64,000 nucleotides of DNA from the human T2T-CHM13v2.0 reference genome, Homo sapiens. Positions 1 through 14,664 of this stretch are shown here, piece after piece. Made by a program: the position numbers and the translations under genes. The stretch is taken from the NCBI RefSeq assembly GCF_009914755.1, contig NC_060944.1. One strand, given 5' to 3'. The notes below the pieces were generated by a model. That model ran no database searches and was not told the DNA's origin. It was given only the letters and a program-made list of their open reading frames with translations. How positions within the stretch are numbered: position 1 is the first letter of the stretch; the number at the start of each line of letters is the position of its first letter.

Positions 1-161
1 TGGTAGCTGGCCCAGTCTGAGAAGCCAGTCATTGCAGGATTGCCATCCTGGGGAAATGTTCGTGTTCTGTAGCTATCAGCTGTCAGAAGGGATCAGAGAT
101 TCCATCTGTGCTGACAACCCAGAACATGGCAGACCTGCTCCTCGTGCCTGAGAAAGATCTT

Positions 162-702
162 GTAGTAACAGATCCTAAAAATACAATCCTTCAATCCTCC
201 TTGTACCCACACCCTTTACCCAACTTCTCAGCTCCTCAAGCCAAAAAGTGGAGTCTAACTCCCTACTATTGAATCTGGGAGTCTGACTCCCTATTACTGA
301 AGCTGGACTAACCTTGCAACTTGCTTTGGCCAAAAGAATATGGCGGGTGAGACACTGTGACAGTTGTCAACCTGGGGTCCTGCTTGTGCTCTTGAACCCC
401 TGCAACTATCATATGAACAAGCCGGGGCCAGCTTGCTGGAGGATGGGAGACACATAGCCCAGTTGTCTCCATGGCCTGTGTCAGCAGTTAGCCAACCTCC
501 AGATATGTGAGCTAGGACATTCTAGACTAGCCAACACATCAGCTGACCTCAGATCCATGAAAGAACCCAGCCAAGATCAGCCATACCTGGCGCAGACCAG
601 AAAAACCATCTAACTAACCCACACACTCATATACACGAACCAATGTTTTAAGCCACTACATTTTGGGGGTGTTTTGTTATATAGCTAGAGCTAACTGATA
701 CA
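162..702 (+). mobile_element. MaLR solo LTR (MLT1F/G/H-like)
   Basis: TG start; AAGTGGAGTCT...TTGAATCTGG and TTGCTTTGGCCAA segments; 3' end TTTTAAGCCACTACATTTTGGGG...AACTGATACA typical of MLT1. Confidence 0.75.
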
Positions 703-1670
703 AGTCCCATGTGAAGCCTTAGAGTGTGGAGTATCTCCTGGTATCAAAAAGAACCTCCTATTTTATCTTTTAGAGAGCACCCTGAGTGGTATCCAGGCAT
801 ACGATAATAGAAGGATCACTACCACTCACATGCAGAAACCAAGCGACTATAGTGGGCATGGGGTGGGGGAAGCAATAAAAGCTAAGCACTGAACAGAGTC
901 ACTTTTAAAAAGTGCGACTCTGAGAAGAAGGAGGTAGGACAAAACCGTGACTGAATCTCAGAAGGTGAAACAAGACTTATCGATGGTATGACCAGCTGTA
1001 GGTGGCCTGGGTGATTTATTCCTGGAAACCTCGGAAAGAAAGCTGGCTCATGGAGATAAACCTTTAGCAAGTGTGTCTGGAAATAGATACATAAGTTTTG
1101 AATGTTTGGTGTTCTACATGAATGTGAATGTTTTATTCCGCACCATGGTTAATTCACTTTAGCCCCAGGAGGCTTTGGGGGTGCTAATACTTTACTAACA
1201 CCCCCAAAGCCTCCCAGGACTGAGATGAGGGGTGTTTTCTCTGTCTCAAAAGCGGAGAAACTTAACCAAAGAGGTTAACACAGCCATGATGATTTGGCTG
1301 GTGATTTCACTCTAAGTCTGTCTGGCACTGAAGCTGTGCCTGCTGTCTGCAGAGCCCCCATTGGTGGTGGGGAGCGGATCTGGTGATTCTGAGATGCTCT
1401 TGGGATCTCGAAGGGAGCACTGACCAAGGACAGACAGGTATCACAAGGGATGAGAAAGACTCATTGGAATGGTCATGGAAAGAGGACCATGATGCATTAA
1501 GGGGGAAGCAGTTTACTAAAAAAGAATCACTCTACAAATGTTTACTGAGCACCTACTATGTGCCTGGCACAGTTCTAGGTACAACAGAGAACAGGACAGA
1601 CAAAAACCATCATTCCTTAGGAGCTGACATTCTATGGATGAGGCAGAAAAGAAGGGTTAAATAAAATAAG

Positions 1671-2059
<389 letters not shown>

Positions 2060-3266
2060 CTATGTTAGTTTCATGATGGGTGCTATGAGGAAAATAAAGC
2101 AAAGAAAGAGGTCAAGAAGGCTAAGGAGAGTGGGGATTTTAAGTAGAGTAGTCACAGAAGGCCTCACTGCAAAGACTAATTACAGTCAAGTAAGCAGTGA
2201 GGCTGAGAGCAGTGGGGTAGCTGGGAGAAGACCATACCAGGCTAAGGGAGCAGCTCACACGAAGGCTCTGGGGTGGGATGGGCCCAAGGAGGGGAGTGAA
2301 CCAGTTGAAGAGAAAATGGGTGGGATCAGATTGCATGGGGCCTTGAGGGTCATTGACAAGACATTGGCTTTTACTCCAGCTGAGCCTGAAATCCACTGGA
2401 GGGCCACAAGGTCAGACACACATTTTTGAAGTATCACTCTATGGTGTTTAGAACACTCTGGAGGAGCAAGCATGAGAAGAGAGACCAGTTAGGAGGCTAC
2501 AGCATGAACCCAGGGCAGAGGTGAGGGTGGGTTAGGCCAGGATGAGAGTGATGTCCTGGTGAAAGTGATCAGATTCTGCATCTATTTTGAAGGTAGGGCC
2601 CCTGGAGTGAGTGTAGGAAGAAAAAAGTAGAGGTCAAGGCCTGAGCCCTGCACATACCAATGTTTAGAAGGCAGAGAGATGACCGAGGAGGAGCGGGGGT
2701 TCCTAAATGCCGTGCGAAGAAGGTGTTTCCAGGAGGAGGGAGTGAGCAACTGTGTCAAATGCTGCCGATGGGTCAGATGAGGGGAGAACTAAGAATCGAT
2801 GAAGGACAGTGTTTTTGGATGCTCTGCAAAAGATCCCGGGGTGGGGGCAGGGGGAATGAGGGGGGAACTTTGGGGATACGGGAGAGAGAGGGAAGAGCTG
2901 CTGCAGCGTGTCCTTGAGTAGACAATAGGTTTGGGATCCAAACAGAAGGAAAGACTGGCCTTGGCTAGGAGGACACCCACAGTGGGCCATAGGAGGGAAG
3001 GCAGAGCAGGCAGCCCTGATGCAGAGAAGAAGGTGTTGTGGTAGTGGGAGTTTAAGGAATTTCTCTTCTGGTGGCTTCTGTTTTCTCAGTGCAACAGGAA
3101 GCAAGATGGCAGGCTATGAATGAGAATGGGGAGTAAAGATGAAGTGTGAGCTAGTTGTCTAGGACAGTGGAAAGGTGGATGCATTTTTATAAAGAGAAGG
3201 TATAACAATATAGACATATATATATATACTATAACAGTATAGGATAAACAATATAGATTAGCCAAG

Positions 3267-3282
3267 TAGATAGATGATAGAT

Positions 3283-3335
<53 letters not shown>

Positions 3336-3375
3336 GATAGATATAGATGGATTGGATGATGGATAGATAGATAGA
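3267..3375 (+). repeat. (TAGA)n tetranucleotide microsatellite
   Basis: 13 uninterrupted TAGA units at 3283-3334 with degenerate flanks. Confidence 0.97.
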
Positions 3376-4235
3376 GATCCATTATCCATAGCATAGATCC
3401 TGGCTATTCTATGATACATGCATAGAAAAAACTGTGGAAAGAGAGATGCTGAACTGCCAGCAGTGGTTATCCTTGAGGGATGTGATTAAAAGGCCCTTTC
3501 ACGCTCCACTCTATGCAGTAGTCCAGCATTTAAATTTTTGCACTAAGTATTACTTTTACAAATCAGAAAAAAGCAAGACAGACATTTCCATTTTGGAACA
3601 CAAAGCATTAGAGCTGTAGAGAGCAGGGGGACGAGGTCCTGGGACAGCATTCTGTGGGCTCACACCCATCCTTCTCCCTCTGTGTCGCTGTCTCGCATCA
3701 GGAGCTCTCTTTCTAAGCCGAAGACAGCGCCTCCTACATTTCTCTGTCTTGGAGATTTTTGGATCTCCTTACACCTTCCAATTTTAATTCTCTGGTTACT
3801 TATCCAAGGCCAAGGTCACCTTGGCGAAATGCAGGGTGGCTGTCTTTCTTTCTTGACTCATTTCTTTGTGCCTGTTTCTAGCAGATTCTTCAAAGCTGTG
3901 CACTGGTGCCCCCTTGATAGTAAAGTCTCTGTTTTATTTTAAGGATAATCTTTAACTGCACAAACTATGCTGCTTTAGTGCTTGGCCTGGTGATTGATTC
4001 TTCTTGGACCAGATTGAGAAGCCACTGTAGCCAGGGCACTGGGCAGAGAGTTAGAGGGCCGGATAATGCCATTAAGTGGGTGGGGGGCCAATGACAAAAC
4101 ACTTAGTTTGTCTGAGTTGCTGTTTCTTGGACTGTTAAATGAGAAAAGTAACTGATTTTCTTACCTCCTAGCTTTGTTTTGAAGAAAGCTCAAAAGTAGA
4201 CATGAAGGCATTTTAAATAGAAAAGGAGGTGAGGT

Positions 4236-4584
<349 letters not shown>

Positions 4585-4664
4585 TTATTGATATATTTTA
4601 CTTTGGACAGCAGCTGCAGATGACTAACATTGGTGGCAGCTCCTCAGACCTCACCGTCTGTGTG

Positions 4665-5049
4665 CATGAGTCAGTGCAGGCTACGCTGTGCTGTGATAGC
4701 AACAACCACCCCCAGGAGCTCAGTGGCTTAGGACAGCAAAGCTGTCTATCTCATGCCCATTCCGTGCCCATCTCAGGTCTGCTGGGACAGCTCTGTGTTG
4801 TCCTGTCTCCACAACCTGAGCTGACACAGCAACCTCATCTTGAATGTATGCAGGATACTTCAGCAGAAAGAAGTGTCTCACACTAGCCATTAAATGCTCT
4901 GGCTCAGAAGTGACATGTCACTTTCACTAACAAACGGCTGGTCAGCACCAGTCACATGGCCCCACCCAGCCCCAAGGGGACCAGGTAGTGCTGTCTGCTG
5001 GGAGAGGAGAGAATGGAAAATTGGGGTGAACATCACAAATCACTACCAT
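4665..5049 (-). mobile_element. Old MaLR LTR (MLT1K/L-like)
   Basis: CTCAGTGGCTTA...; AGAAGTGACATGTCACTTTCAC...AGTCACATGGCCC motifs. Confidence 0.6.
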
Positions 5050-5334
5050 GTGAACCTATCTTGGGAGTGGGGGTGAGAGTCACAGGAAGTCCCCGAGAAG
5101 GCTCTGTTATAGGCAATGTTTGCCCCTTTTTTGTCTTTTTACAGATTTACAATGACTGAGTTTCTTAACCAATGTGCGTGGGTACGATGAATAAATCGTG
5201 GATTTACATTGTGAAAACTTTGGAAAATATAGGGGAATGTATAGAAGAAAATGAATAAGTTAGGAAATAAACCCTATCATCTAATATTTTATCGGATTTC
5301 TTTCCAGTCTTTTTTCAATTGCCTATAGGTACAT

Positions 5335-5665
5335 TTTTAAATAATAGCTTTATTTCAATAAAATTTGTATACCATAAAATTTGTTCTTTTAAAGTGTACA
5401 ACTTGGTGGTTTTCAGTATATTCACAGAGTTGATACAACTCTCGCCACTATTTGATTTTAGAATATTTTCATCACCCCAAAAAGGTATCCCCCTAGCAGT
5501 TGCTCCCCTCCCCCAGCCCAACCCAGCCCCTGGCGATCACAAATGGACTTTGTGTTTCTATGGATTTGCCTGTTCTGGACCTTTCATGTAAATAGAATCA
5601 CATGCTGTGTAGTCTTTTGTGACTGGCTTCTTTCACTTAGCATCATGTTTTCAAGGCAAATCAAT
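5335..5665 (-). mobile_element. L1M (L1MB-like) 3' end fragment
   Basis: AATAGCTTTATT...TTAAAGTGTACAA...TTTTGTGACTGGCTTCTTTCACTTAGCAT. Confidence 0.8.
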
Positions 5666-5704
5666 GTCACATGTATGCTGTATATTTTCAAAAGCAAATT
5701 GAGA

Positions 5705-5995
<291 letters not shown>

Positions 5996-6075
5996 TTAAT
6001 AAATAAAATTTTAAAATTTTAAAAATGATCTTATCAAACATAAGTTATCCTGTTTCTTTCATTTGTATGCTTTAA

Positions 6076-6425
<350 letters not shown>

Positions 6426-6779
6426 TGAAAAATGGTTTTTAACGGCTATGTGTATAACAATCCATCAAATTTGTGTCCAATAATGTGTTGATTTGTGCCT
6501 TCTCTTTTTGACTTTTTGGCTTTCAGTTTTTTCACCATTACAATCAAAGCTTTTATGAGCAGCTATATACGTATTTTTTAAAAAATGAATGAGTGAATTC
6601 TAAAACAGAAATCTTTGCAATATTTTCCATTCTTCTTTTAAGGAAGATGCCTAAGAATGCATTTAACTGAATAAGAAGGCAGAAACATTTTTAAGACTTT
6701 TGATTCTTACTGCAGCTGGTTTTTCTAGTCACCAACCTGGGGACTGGCTTCATGTTAGTCTGATGACATCCTACCCCAT

Positions 6780-7220
6780 CTCAGAGTAAAACCAAATTTC
6801 TTAAGATGGTCTGGAAGACCCTGCACAATCTGGACCTATTCCTTCTCTCATCTCCTCTCCACCCTGGCCATACCGGCCCCTTGTTGGTCCTTAAACACAC
6901 CAGAGCCGCTTGTTGGCAGAGAGGCCTCCCAGCCTCTGCACGGCTCCTCCTGTGCCTGGAGCAGCCTTCCCCAGCCTCCACCCAGCTCACTCACCCTTTA
7001 AGACTCTGCTTACACTTTCGCAGGAGGCCCTCTCATTAAAAACACCGCCCCTATCTCCTCTACCAGCTTTATAAAATGTTTTTTCTTCACAGTAGCCCTT
7101 ATCATCTTCTAATATAATTTTAAAATGTACTTATTTTATTATGTCAACCCATTCAAATTAATCACTAGGGCCTGGCCCTGTGCCTAGTATGAGTAGGCAT
7201 GCAATAAGTAAGTGTTGAAT
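6780..7220 (+). mobile_element. L2 3' fragment
   Basis: TCAGAGTAAAACCAAA...GTGCCTAGTATGAGTAGGCATGCAATAAGTAAGTGTTGAAT. Confidence 0.7.
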
Positions 7221-8254
7221 CAAGCCAATGGCCAGCACTGAGAGCTGGGGGCCTCTACTGCCCAGCCATCCGACCCTCTTCCCCGGCCATCAGTGGGAGC
7301 TCTGGTGTTCTACTAAGTCCCCGTCAGCTGTTCCTTCTTGACTCAGCTCTGGAGCAAACTAGAAAGACAACTGCCTCAAGGGTTGTTTGTTCTGCCTTGT
7401 GGTGAAACCTGGAAGAGGTTGACCCTGAGAGAAAAATTCGCTCGTGACTGGGGTGAGCAAAGGTTTGTTTCTGGGAGGCGTGCAAAGCTTCCCAGGGCTC
7501 ACACAGGGTGGAGCCCTCCAGGGACCCCCAGTGGCCCACCCAACTTCCAGACCCTGACTGCCCATGGGACAGACTCAGGTGCTGTGACCTCACCAGGACC
7601 TGCCAGGGATCAAACTCTCATGCCCAAACAAGGACGGCAGCCCCCTGGTGCTCCTGAAAGCAGGCAGTTTCCTGAACAGCCACAATGTGACCCAGGCGAT
7701 GGGGCGGGAGAGGAAGAACCCACGGGAAGCAGGGAAATCCCTTGGCTGGCTGAGTCCGGCAAAGCCGCGGGGACCTCTCGGGAACCTCCCCATTGTGTAA
7801 CACTTCCGGCCAGTCTCCTTAGGCTTCCAGGGCAGGCACAGGATCAAAATTCCCAAACCTAATACAGTTATGTTTTTAAAGTGTCCATAAGTCAATGGAC
7901 AAACAATGCCCCATAATTAATGGCCTCAGGGTTGGGCCCTCAGCAAAGGAAGCAAAATCAGAGCTGCTCGGGGTCACCCACAGGCAAGCAGGCCCCTCCT
8001 TAGACCAAAGGGCTTCTCTCTCACTCCCCATAAGGATGTTGTCCACCCAGGCCCCTGGGGGCCCAGCCACTACTGAGGTTACCCACTCCTGGCTCAGAAC
8101 ATTCTGGAATTCCTCCTTTGGAATGGCCACTAGAGCCCCAAGTGGTTCTCTATACTATTCTCAACATGGTGACGACCCATTTGATCCATTCTCAACAAGT
8201 CTTCTGAAGATCCATTTGAGTGACTGAGTTATGGAATATGGTCTCTTACAAAAC

Positions 8255-8870
8255 TCTGTTGAAGTGTAATACCCACAGAAAGATGCACAAATTATTGGCG
8301 AACAGTGTGATGAATTTTCAGAAGTGACCACAGCCACTTAACTACCACCCAGGTAAAGAACAGGACATTACTGGCAGGCCCCTCGGGCCCCGTCTCAGAC
8401 GGGTCCACTTTCCCACAGCTGACATCTAGCAGCAGAGAGCGTTTAGTCTATTTATGAACTTTATATAAATGGATGTGTAAAATATGTGCAGTTCTGTGTC
8501 TGGCTCCTTTCCATGTTATGTTGGTGTGATTCATCCATGATATTGTGTGCAGTAATAATTCATTCTTTCTCGTGGCTGTATAGTATTCCATTGTATGAAT
8601 AGACTACTCATTGGCTATGACAGATAGTGCTGCTAAGCATATTCTTGTACGTGTCTTTTGGTAAACACATGCTCTCGTTTCTCTTGGGTGTACTTCAAAG
8701 TGGGATTGCTGAGTAACAAAGCATATGTATGTTAATTTCATTGGACACTGCCAAACAGATGCCCAACATGGTTGGACCAATTTATACTCCTGCCAGCCAT
8801 GTACGGGAAGTCTGCTTGCCCCAAATCCTTATCGACACTGGGTGGGTCAGTCTTTTTAGTCTTATCAATT
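8255..8870 (-). mobile_element. L1M (L1ME/MC-like) fragment
   Basis: GAACTTTATATAAATGGA, GATTCATCCATG, TAGTATTCCATTGTATGAATA motifs. Confidence 0.75.
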
Positions 8871-8924
8871 CTGGGGGAGGTGTAGTAGCATTAAATTTTT
8901 CAGGATTTTTAAAGTTAAATTTTA

Positions 8925-9072
8925 ATTTTTTTAGAGGCAGAGTCTTGCTCTGTGACCCCAGGCTCAGTGATGCAATCATGGCTCACTGCAGCTTCAAACT
9001 CCTGGGCTCAAGTGATCCTTCCGCCTCAGCCTCCGGAGCAGCCGGGATTATAGGTGTGTGCCACCATACCCA
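8925..9072 (-). mobile_element. Alu monomer (FRAM/AluJ right arm)
   Basis: Single arm with CTCCTGGGCTCAAGTGATCCT. Confidence 0.85.
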
Positions 9073-9165
9073 CATTTTTCAGTTTTAATTTGCATTTAGA
9101 AATATGGTCTTCATTGTTAAAAATCTTAACGTGTGGCTGTAAAAGACGGAAAGGGACATCCGCAT

Positions 9166-10060
<895 letters not shown>

Positions 10061-10689
10061 ATGTTGGGTTTGTAATGAGGCTGTGAAGATAGCCCCAGTA
10101 CCTGGAATCGGGGCAGCACTATGCCAGTAAGTGCCCAATGGGTCCACTCACCTGGGAGCAGAAGGTCTGATATCACTACTAATACATCAGTCCTGTACCA
10201 TGTAAGCTTGCTTCAAAAATTCCAATCATCCAGGGGCTTTCAGAGACTTACAAAAAAAGGACAATTCTGAGGTCTGTTGAAGTTCCCTTTGCCAGGATTT
10301 GCAGACACTTGGGCTGCAGAATGCAGTGCCTCTCCAGGGGCTGGGGACTGGGGAGGGACCATGGAGTACTCTGTTCATGCAGGCACTCAGAATCCCCAGA
10401 AATAGTCTCTCACACTACGTATCTCTCCCTCAACCTCAAGAATCTGGGGTGCCCATGGAGAGAAGCTTGGCCCCTGTTCCAAAAAGTCTGTGTGATGGTG
10501 AGGGTGCTGCCTCCCCAGGAAGGTCTCAAGGCACTGTCCTAATATCCCAGGCAGGCCATGGAGGATGAAGGGGTGACAAGTGACAGCCCCTTTTTGGGAA
10601 ATTACCAATAGCTCAGCGCAGAAGTGATTATGTTTGTCAACCCTAAAGTTGTAGTCTCCCCTCCTGTCCCACCCATGTCCTGTTCAACA

Positions 10690-11390
10690 TTAGTCCTGTC
10701 CACACCAACTCCAGAATGTACCGACCATCTTCCCACCTCCATAGCTCATGCCACACACTACTTCTAGTTGGAAGAGGACAACTTTTCTCCACCAGCCCTG
10801 TTTCCACACCTTCCCTTCTACTCCCCTCCCTACCCTAGGCCTTTGGTCCGCTGCCCAGCAGCCAGAAGAATTATTTAAAAACCAAATTAGATGATGCAGT
10901 CACATCTTTAAAACTGCAACACCCTTTCATTGCACTTGGAGTAAAATTCAAGCTCTCTGAGGCTTCACTGGGTCCCATGTGACCTGTGCCTGTCTCTTTC
11001 TCAGACCTCGTCTTGTACGCCTGCCCCCTTATCTTCAAGACTTCTTTCTGATCCTTGAGGTAGACCAGTTAATTCCTGCCTCAGGGTCTTTGCACATTCT
11101 GTTCTCTCCACCTGCAATGCCTTTTCCACTGGTATCTGCATAAAGTTCAAATGTTGTCTCTTCAAAAAGGCCCTTCCTGACCACTCAACCTCCAGTCGTC
11201 TCCTCCTCTGGCTACTCTGTCATATCGCCCTCTTTATTCTCTTCATGGTGCTTATCACCCTCTAAAAAGATCTTGATTTGCTTCCAAAATGTCTGTATCC
11301 CCATCTCCAGAATGTAAGGTGGTATATCCCCAGCACCCTTAAGTGCGGCAAGCATTCTGCAGGAAACCCGTAGGTATTTGCTGGATGAAT
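10690..11390 (+). mobile_element. L2 fragment
   Basis: CCTGCCTCAGGGTCTTTGCAC, AGGCCCTTCCTGACCAC, TATCCCCAGCACC motifs. Confidence 0.65.
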
Positions 11391-11849
11391 TCTAACATGC
11401 TTCCATTAGCGGCAGGGGCTCATCCTATGGGTCTCCTCCCTTTCTCTGGTTCCAACAACTTGTGGTTGAATCGGTACCATGGCTCACAAGCCACTAGCTT
11501 TTCCTACCTCAGCTATAGCAGTACCAGGAAGGTGAGCTGTCCCTACTCACATATTTGGGCAGCAAATTGAGAGGATCTGCTCCACTCCTGCAGAGTGTGT
11601 CTGTGTCCATCACAGAGCTGAACCGCCTTTGTGTTGATATAAGCAAACTGAGGCACACACACTTTTTTTTTTTAAATTGAGTACCTACGTGCCAGGCACA
11701 GTGCTAAGCACCAGAGTTAAAGAGAGAAAGTTCACAATCCCTATCCTGAAGATGCTCACAGTTTAGGGTTGGGGAAGAAAAATAACCAGACAAGGGCAAT
11801 GCTACTGGGTTCAGAGGTTGCAAACATGAGTGTCTGTGGGAACCAGGCA

Positions 11850-12290
11850 GGTGCTGTGTCCCCTCACCCATCTCGGGTCTCGCCGGTGATGCAGTGAACA
11901 CCCTCAGGTGCACTGCAGCTCTCCACTTCTCTAAGGGTTTGCTGTGTTTGCACACTGGGCAAGCTGAGAGGACCAGGGATGGATCACCCCAGGGGTGGCC
12001 TGCAGCCAACAAGAGATGGCAGCTGGCGATAAATACCCCAGCCGCCCCACCCCTAGTGGGACCATTCTGAGGCATGTTCTATGATGTTTCTCAGAGGTGC
12101 CCAGTAGCATTGAGCCCCACTTGCCTATGGGATAACTGGTCCATTAGCACCCTATGTATGGGCTTTCTCTCCTCCCTGTCTCACTTCTCCAACCCCTCCC
12201 TTGTGCTTCCTGGATTCACCTCCCAAATAAACTACTTGCACCCAAGTTCTCATCTCAGGGTCTGGTTTGGGAGGAATTCACACTAAGGCA
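11850..12290 (+). mobile_element. ERVL solo LTR (LTR16-like)
   Basis: GATAAATACCCCAGC; 3' end CCTCCCAAATAAACTACTTGCAC...TCTCAGGGTCTG...CTAAGGCA. Confidence 0.75.
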
Positions 12291-12859
12291 GTGTGAAGCA
12301 GCTGGGTGTCATACAATAGGGAATGGTGGGGACTGTGGTGAACTTCTGTGCTCCCTAAAAGGTAGCAGCTGACACTCAGCTCCTGGCTGGTGGTGGCCAG
12401 GTTGCCATCTCCTTCAGTTTTTCAAGAGTTGCATCCAGATTTTCACGTGGTATCTCTCAACTTTTTAATGTCATAATAAATTCAAAATAAATTTAAAATA
12501 CTATACAGGGCAAAGAAAGCACATCAATAGCATAATCTGCCATGTAGACCATAAATTTGCTGCCCCTGGTGAGCTCAATCAAGATGTGTAGAGGCATCAT
12601 GGTGACTCCAACCCAGACTTACCCAGCAAGAGAGTAGGCAGGGGAAGCTTCCTGAAGGGTGTGATCTTTGAGTGGGGTCTTGAGAAGGAGAGAGATAGGG
12701 GAAGAAGATGGGAAAGGGCAGGAAGGGAACATAGGCAGGGAAGAGAAAATGGCATGAGCAACATGTGGAGAATTAAAAAGGGGCTCGGAGCTCTGAGGGA
12801 TGAGGAAAGAGACCATGGATTGTCCAGAAAGATGAGAGAGATGAGTAACAGTCCACTAG

Positions 12860-13020
12860 ATGCCAGGCATGGTATTAAGCGCTTACGTGCATTTTTCATT
12901 GCATCTTCCTAACAGGAGTTGAAATTATTATTGTTCACTTTACATACAGAAAAACTGAGACATAGAGAGGTTATTTGCTCAAGGTCACACAGTCAGTCAA
13001 TGGAGGAACCTGGGCTGGAT
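12860..13020 (-). mobile_element. MIR within L2-like sequence
   Basis: TTTACATACAGAAAAACTGAGACATAGAGAGGTTATTTGCTCAAGGTCACACAG core. Confidence 0.75.
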
Positions 13021-14664
13021 CAGAGCCTTCTTATGCTTAGGTGGAATGGGGCCAGATCATTCAACACCTCACGTATTACTCTCAGATCTTTACATTTTAT
13101 TCCAACCATGGTGGGGAGACCCTGGAGAATTTAAGCAGGGAGGGTAATGTCACTATGACCACAGCAGGGGGAAGGCAGAGGGTAGGAGGCAGAATTGGGG
13201 GCGATTGCATGAATCAAGGTCAGAAATGATGGAGTCTCAGCTAAGTCAGTGTTGGGGCATGAAATCAAGGAGAGAGATTCAGGTGCAGAGGACACTAATG
13301 TGTTCTATTTTGGACACGTCGAGCTGGAGGTATCTCTGCAGCATCTCAGGGTCAACTCTCTGTAAGCAGATGGTTCTATGGGTCTGGAAGGCAGGAAGAG
13401 ACTCGGAGTCATTAGGACACAGGCAGAAGACATGGCTGTGGGTGATGTTTCCATCAAGGAAGGTGGGAAACGGAAAGTTGCTGAGACAGAATCCTGGGGA
13501 GCTGCAAGGTTTCAGGGTGAAAGGATGTAGAAGAATGCACAAAGAACACCAAAAAGTAACAGCCAGAGAAGCAGAAGGGGACCAGAAGAGAGCAGTTCCA
13601 TGGGCCACTGAGACAGGAGAGTTCCCAAAAGGCAGCATCAAATTCTTCCAAGATCAAGCAAGAAAATGGCTGAAAGTGTCCATGAGATTTGGCAACAAGG
13701 AAGCCATTGGTGACCTTAGCAAGGGTTACTTCAGTGGGGACAGAGGCAGATTGGGGTGAGGTAAGGAGTGAACAGGATGCGGGGGTGTGGAGACGGTGAG
13801 AGTAGAAATGATTCTACAGGCCGCCTCACCCAGGGAGAGACCTAGGCAGGCTCCAAGGCCGTTCAGCCTTCAGTTCACTTGTGCAATGCTGCATGTGCAA
13901 TGGGTATTTAAAAACGTGTATTTCTGCTTTCTAATTCCAGTAGGTAAACAAAAAGAAAAGAAAAGAAAAGAAAATTTGTGTTTGTGCGTCAGCACTTCCT
14001 CTGCTTGGCTAAGTTTTGGGAGAACACCTTCTCTCCTTCTTTTACTCTTCTTTGACTTTCTCTCTCTTGGAAAGTGCTTACACCTGCTTAAGAAGTGAGT
14101 GTCCGCTCTTGATCCCTTTGAGTCCTTAGATGATTTTAAACCTTCATTAGAGATGAGGGGGGTGGGCAGGACCCGTATCTTTCTGCTTCTCCCTTCAGGT
14201 AAGTAATCTAGAGTGGCACATGCGCACTGATCATCAGTACCCACCTGCCAGAGTCACGGAGCCTTGCCATCCTCCATTGTAGACTGCGTCACGAGGTTGG
14301 CAGGACACCTCCACATCCAGCCTGGGAGAGGCCGCTGCCACCTGCTGCACTGCTCATGCCTGACCCAGCAGCCGCTGTCATTGGCTTGAAGAAGGAAGCT
14401 AAGGTGTTAGAAAATGTAATGCAGTGATTCCTGTCATTTGCTGTTTTGCTCATGAGTGCGGGAAAAACAAGAAGTAGAGCCGATGACAGGTGGGACCCTC
14501 TAATCGGGCTGGTATAGGGGGAAGGTGGATTTATCTAAGTCCATCCTTTTAGGATAGTCCTCAGTACTTCAGTAGCTGACACTTGAAACCAATTATCTAG
14601 GGATATCTTCATACAGATTCATTCATTCCATTCATTCCTCCAACAAATCTTTGTTGAGATCTAT

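Noticed and set aside
250-305. 28-bp degenerate tandem duplication in the MLT1 (similar short duplications at 9729-9769 and 21211-21233)
   Set aside because: Ordinary slippage within old repeats; no further structure.
7338-7862. 174-aa ORF in unique sequence
   Set aside because: Non-ATG start, low-information composition, no supporting splice structure.
13205-13759. 184-aa ORF
   Set aside because: Lies in degenerate antisense L2 sequence.
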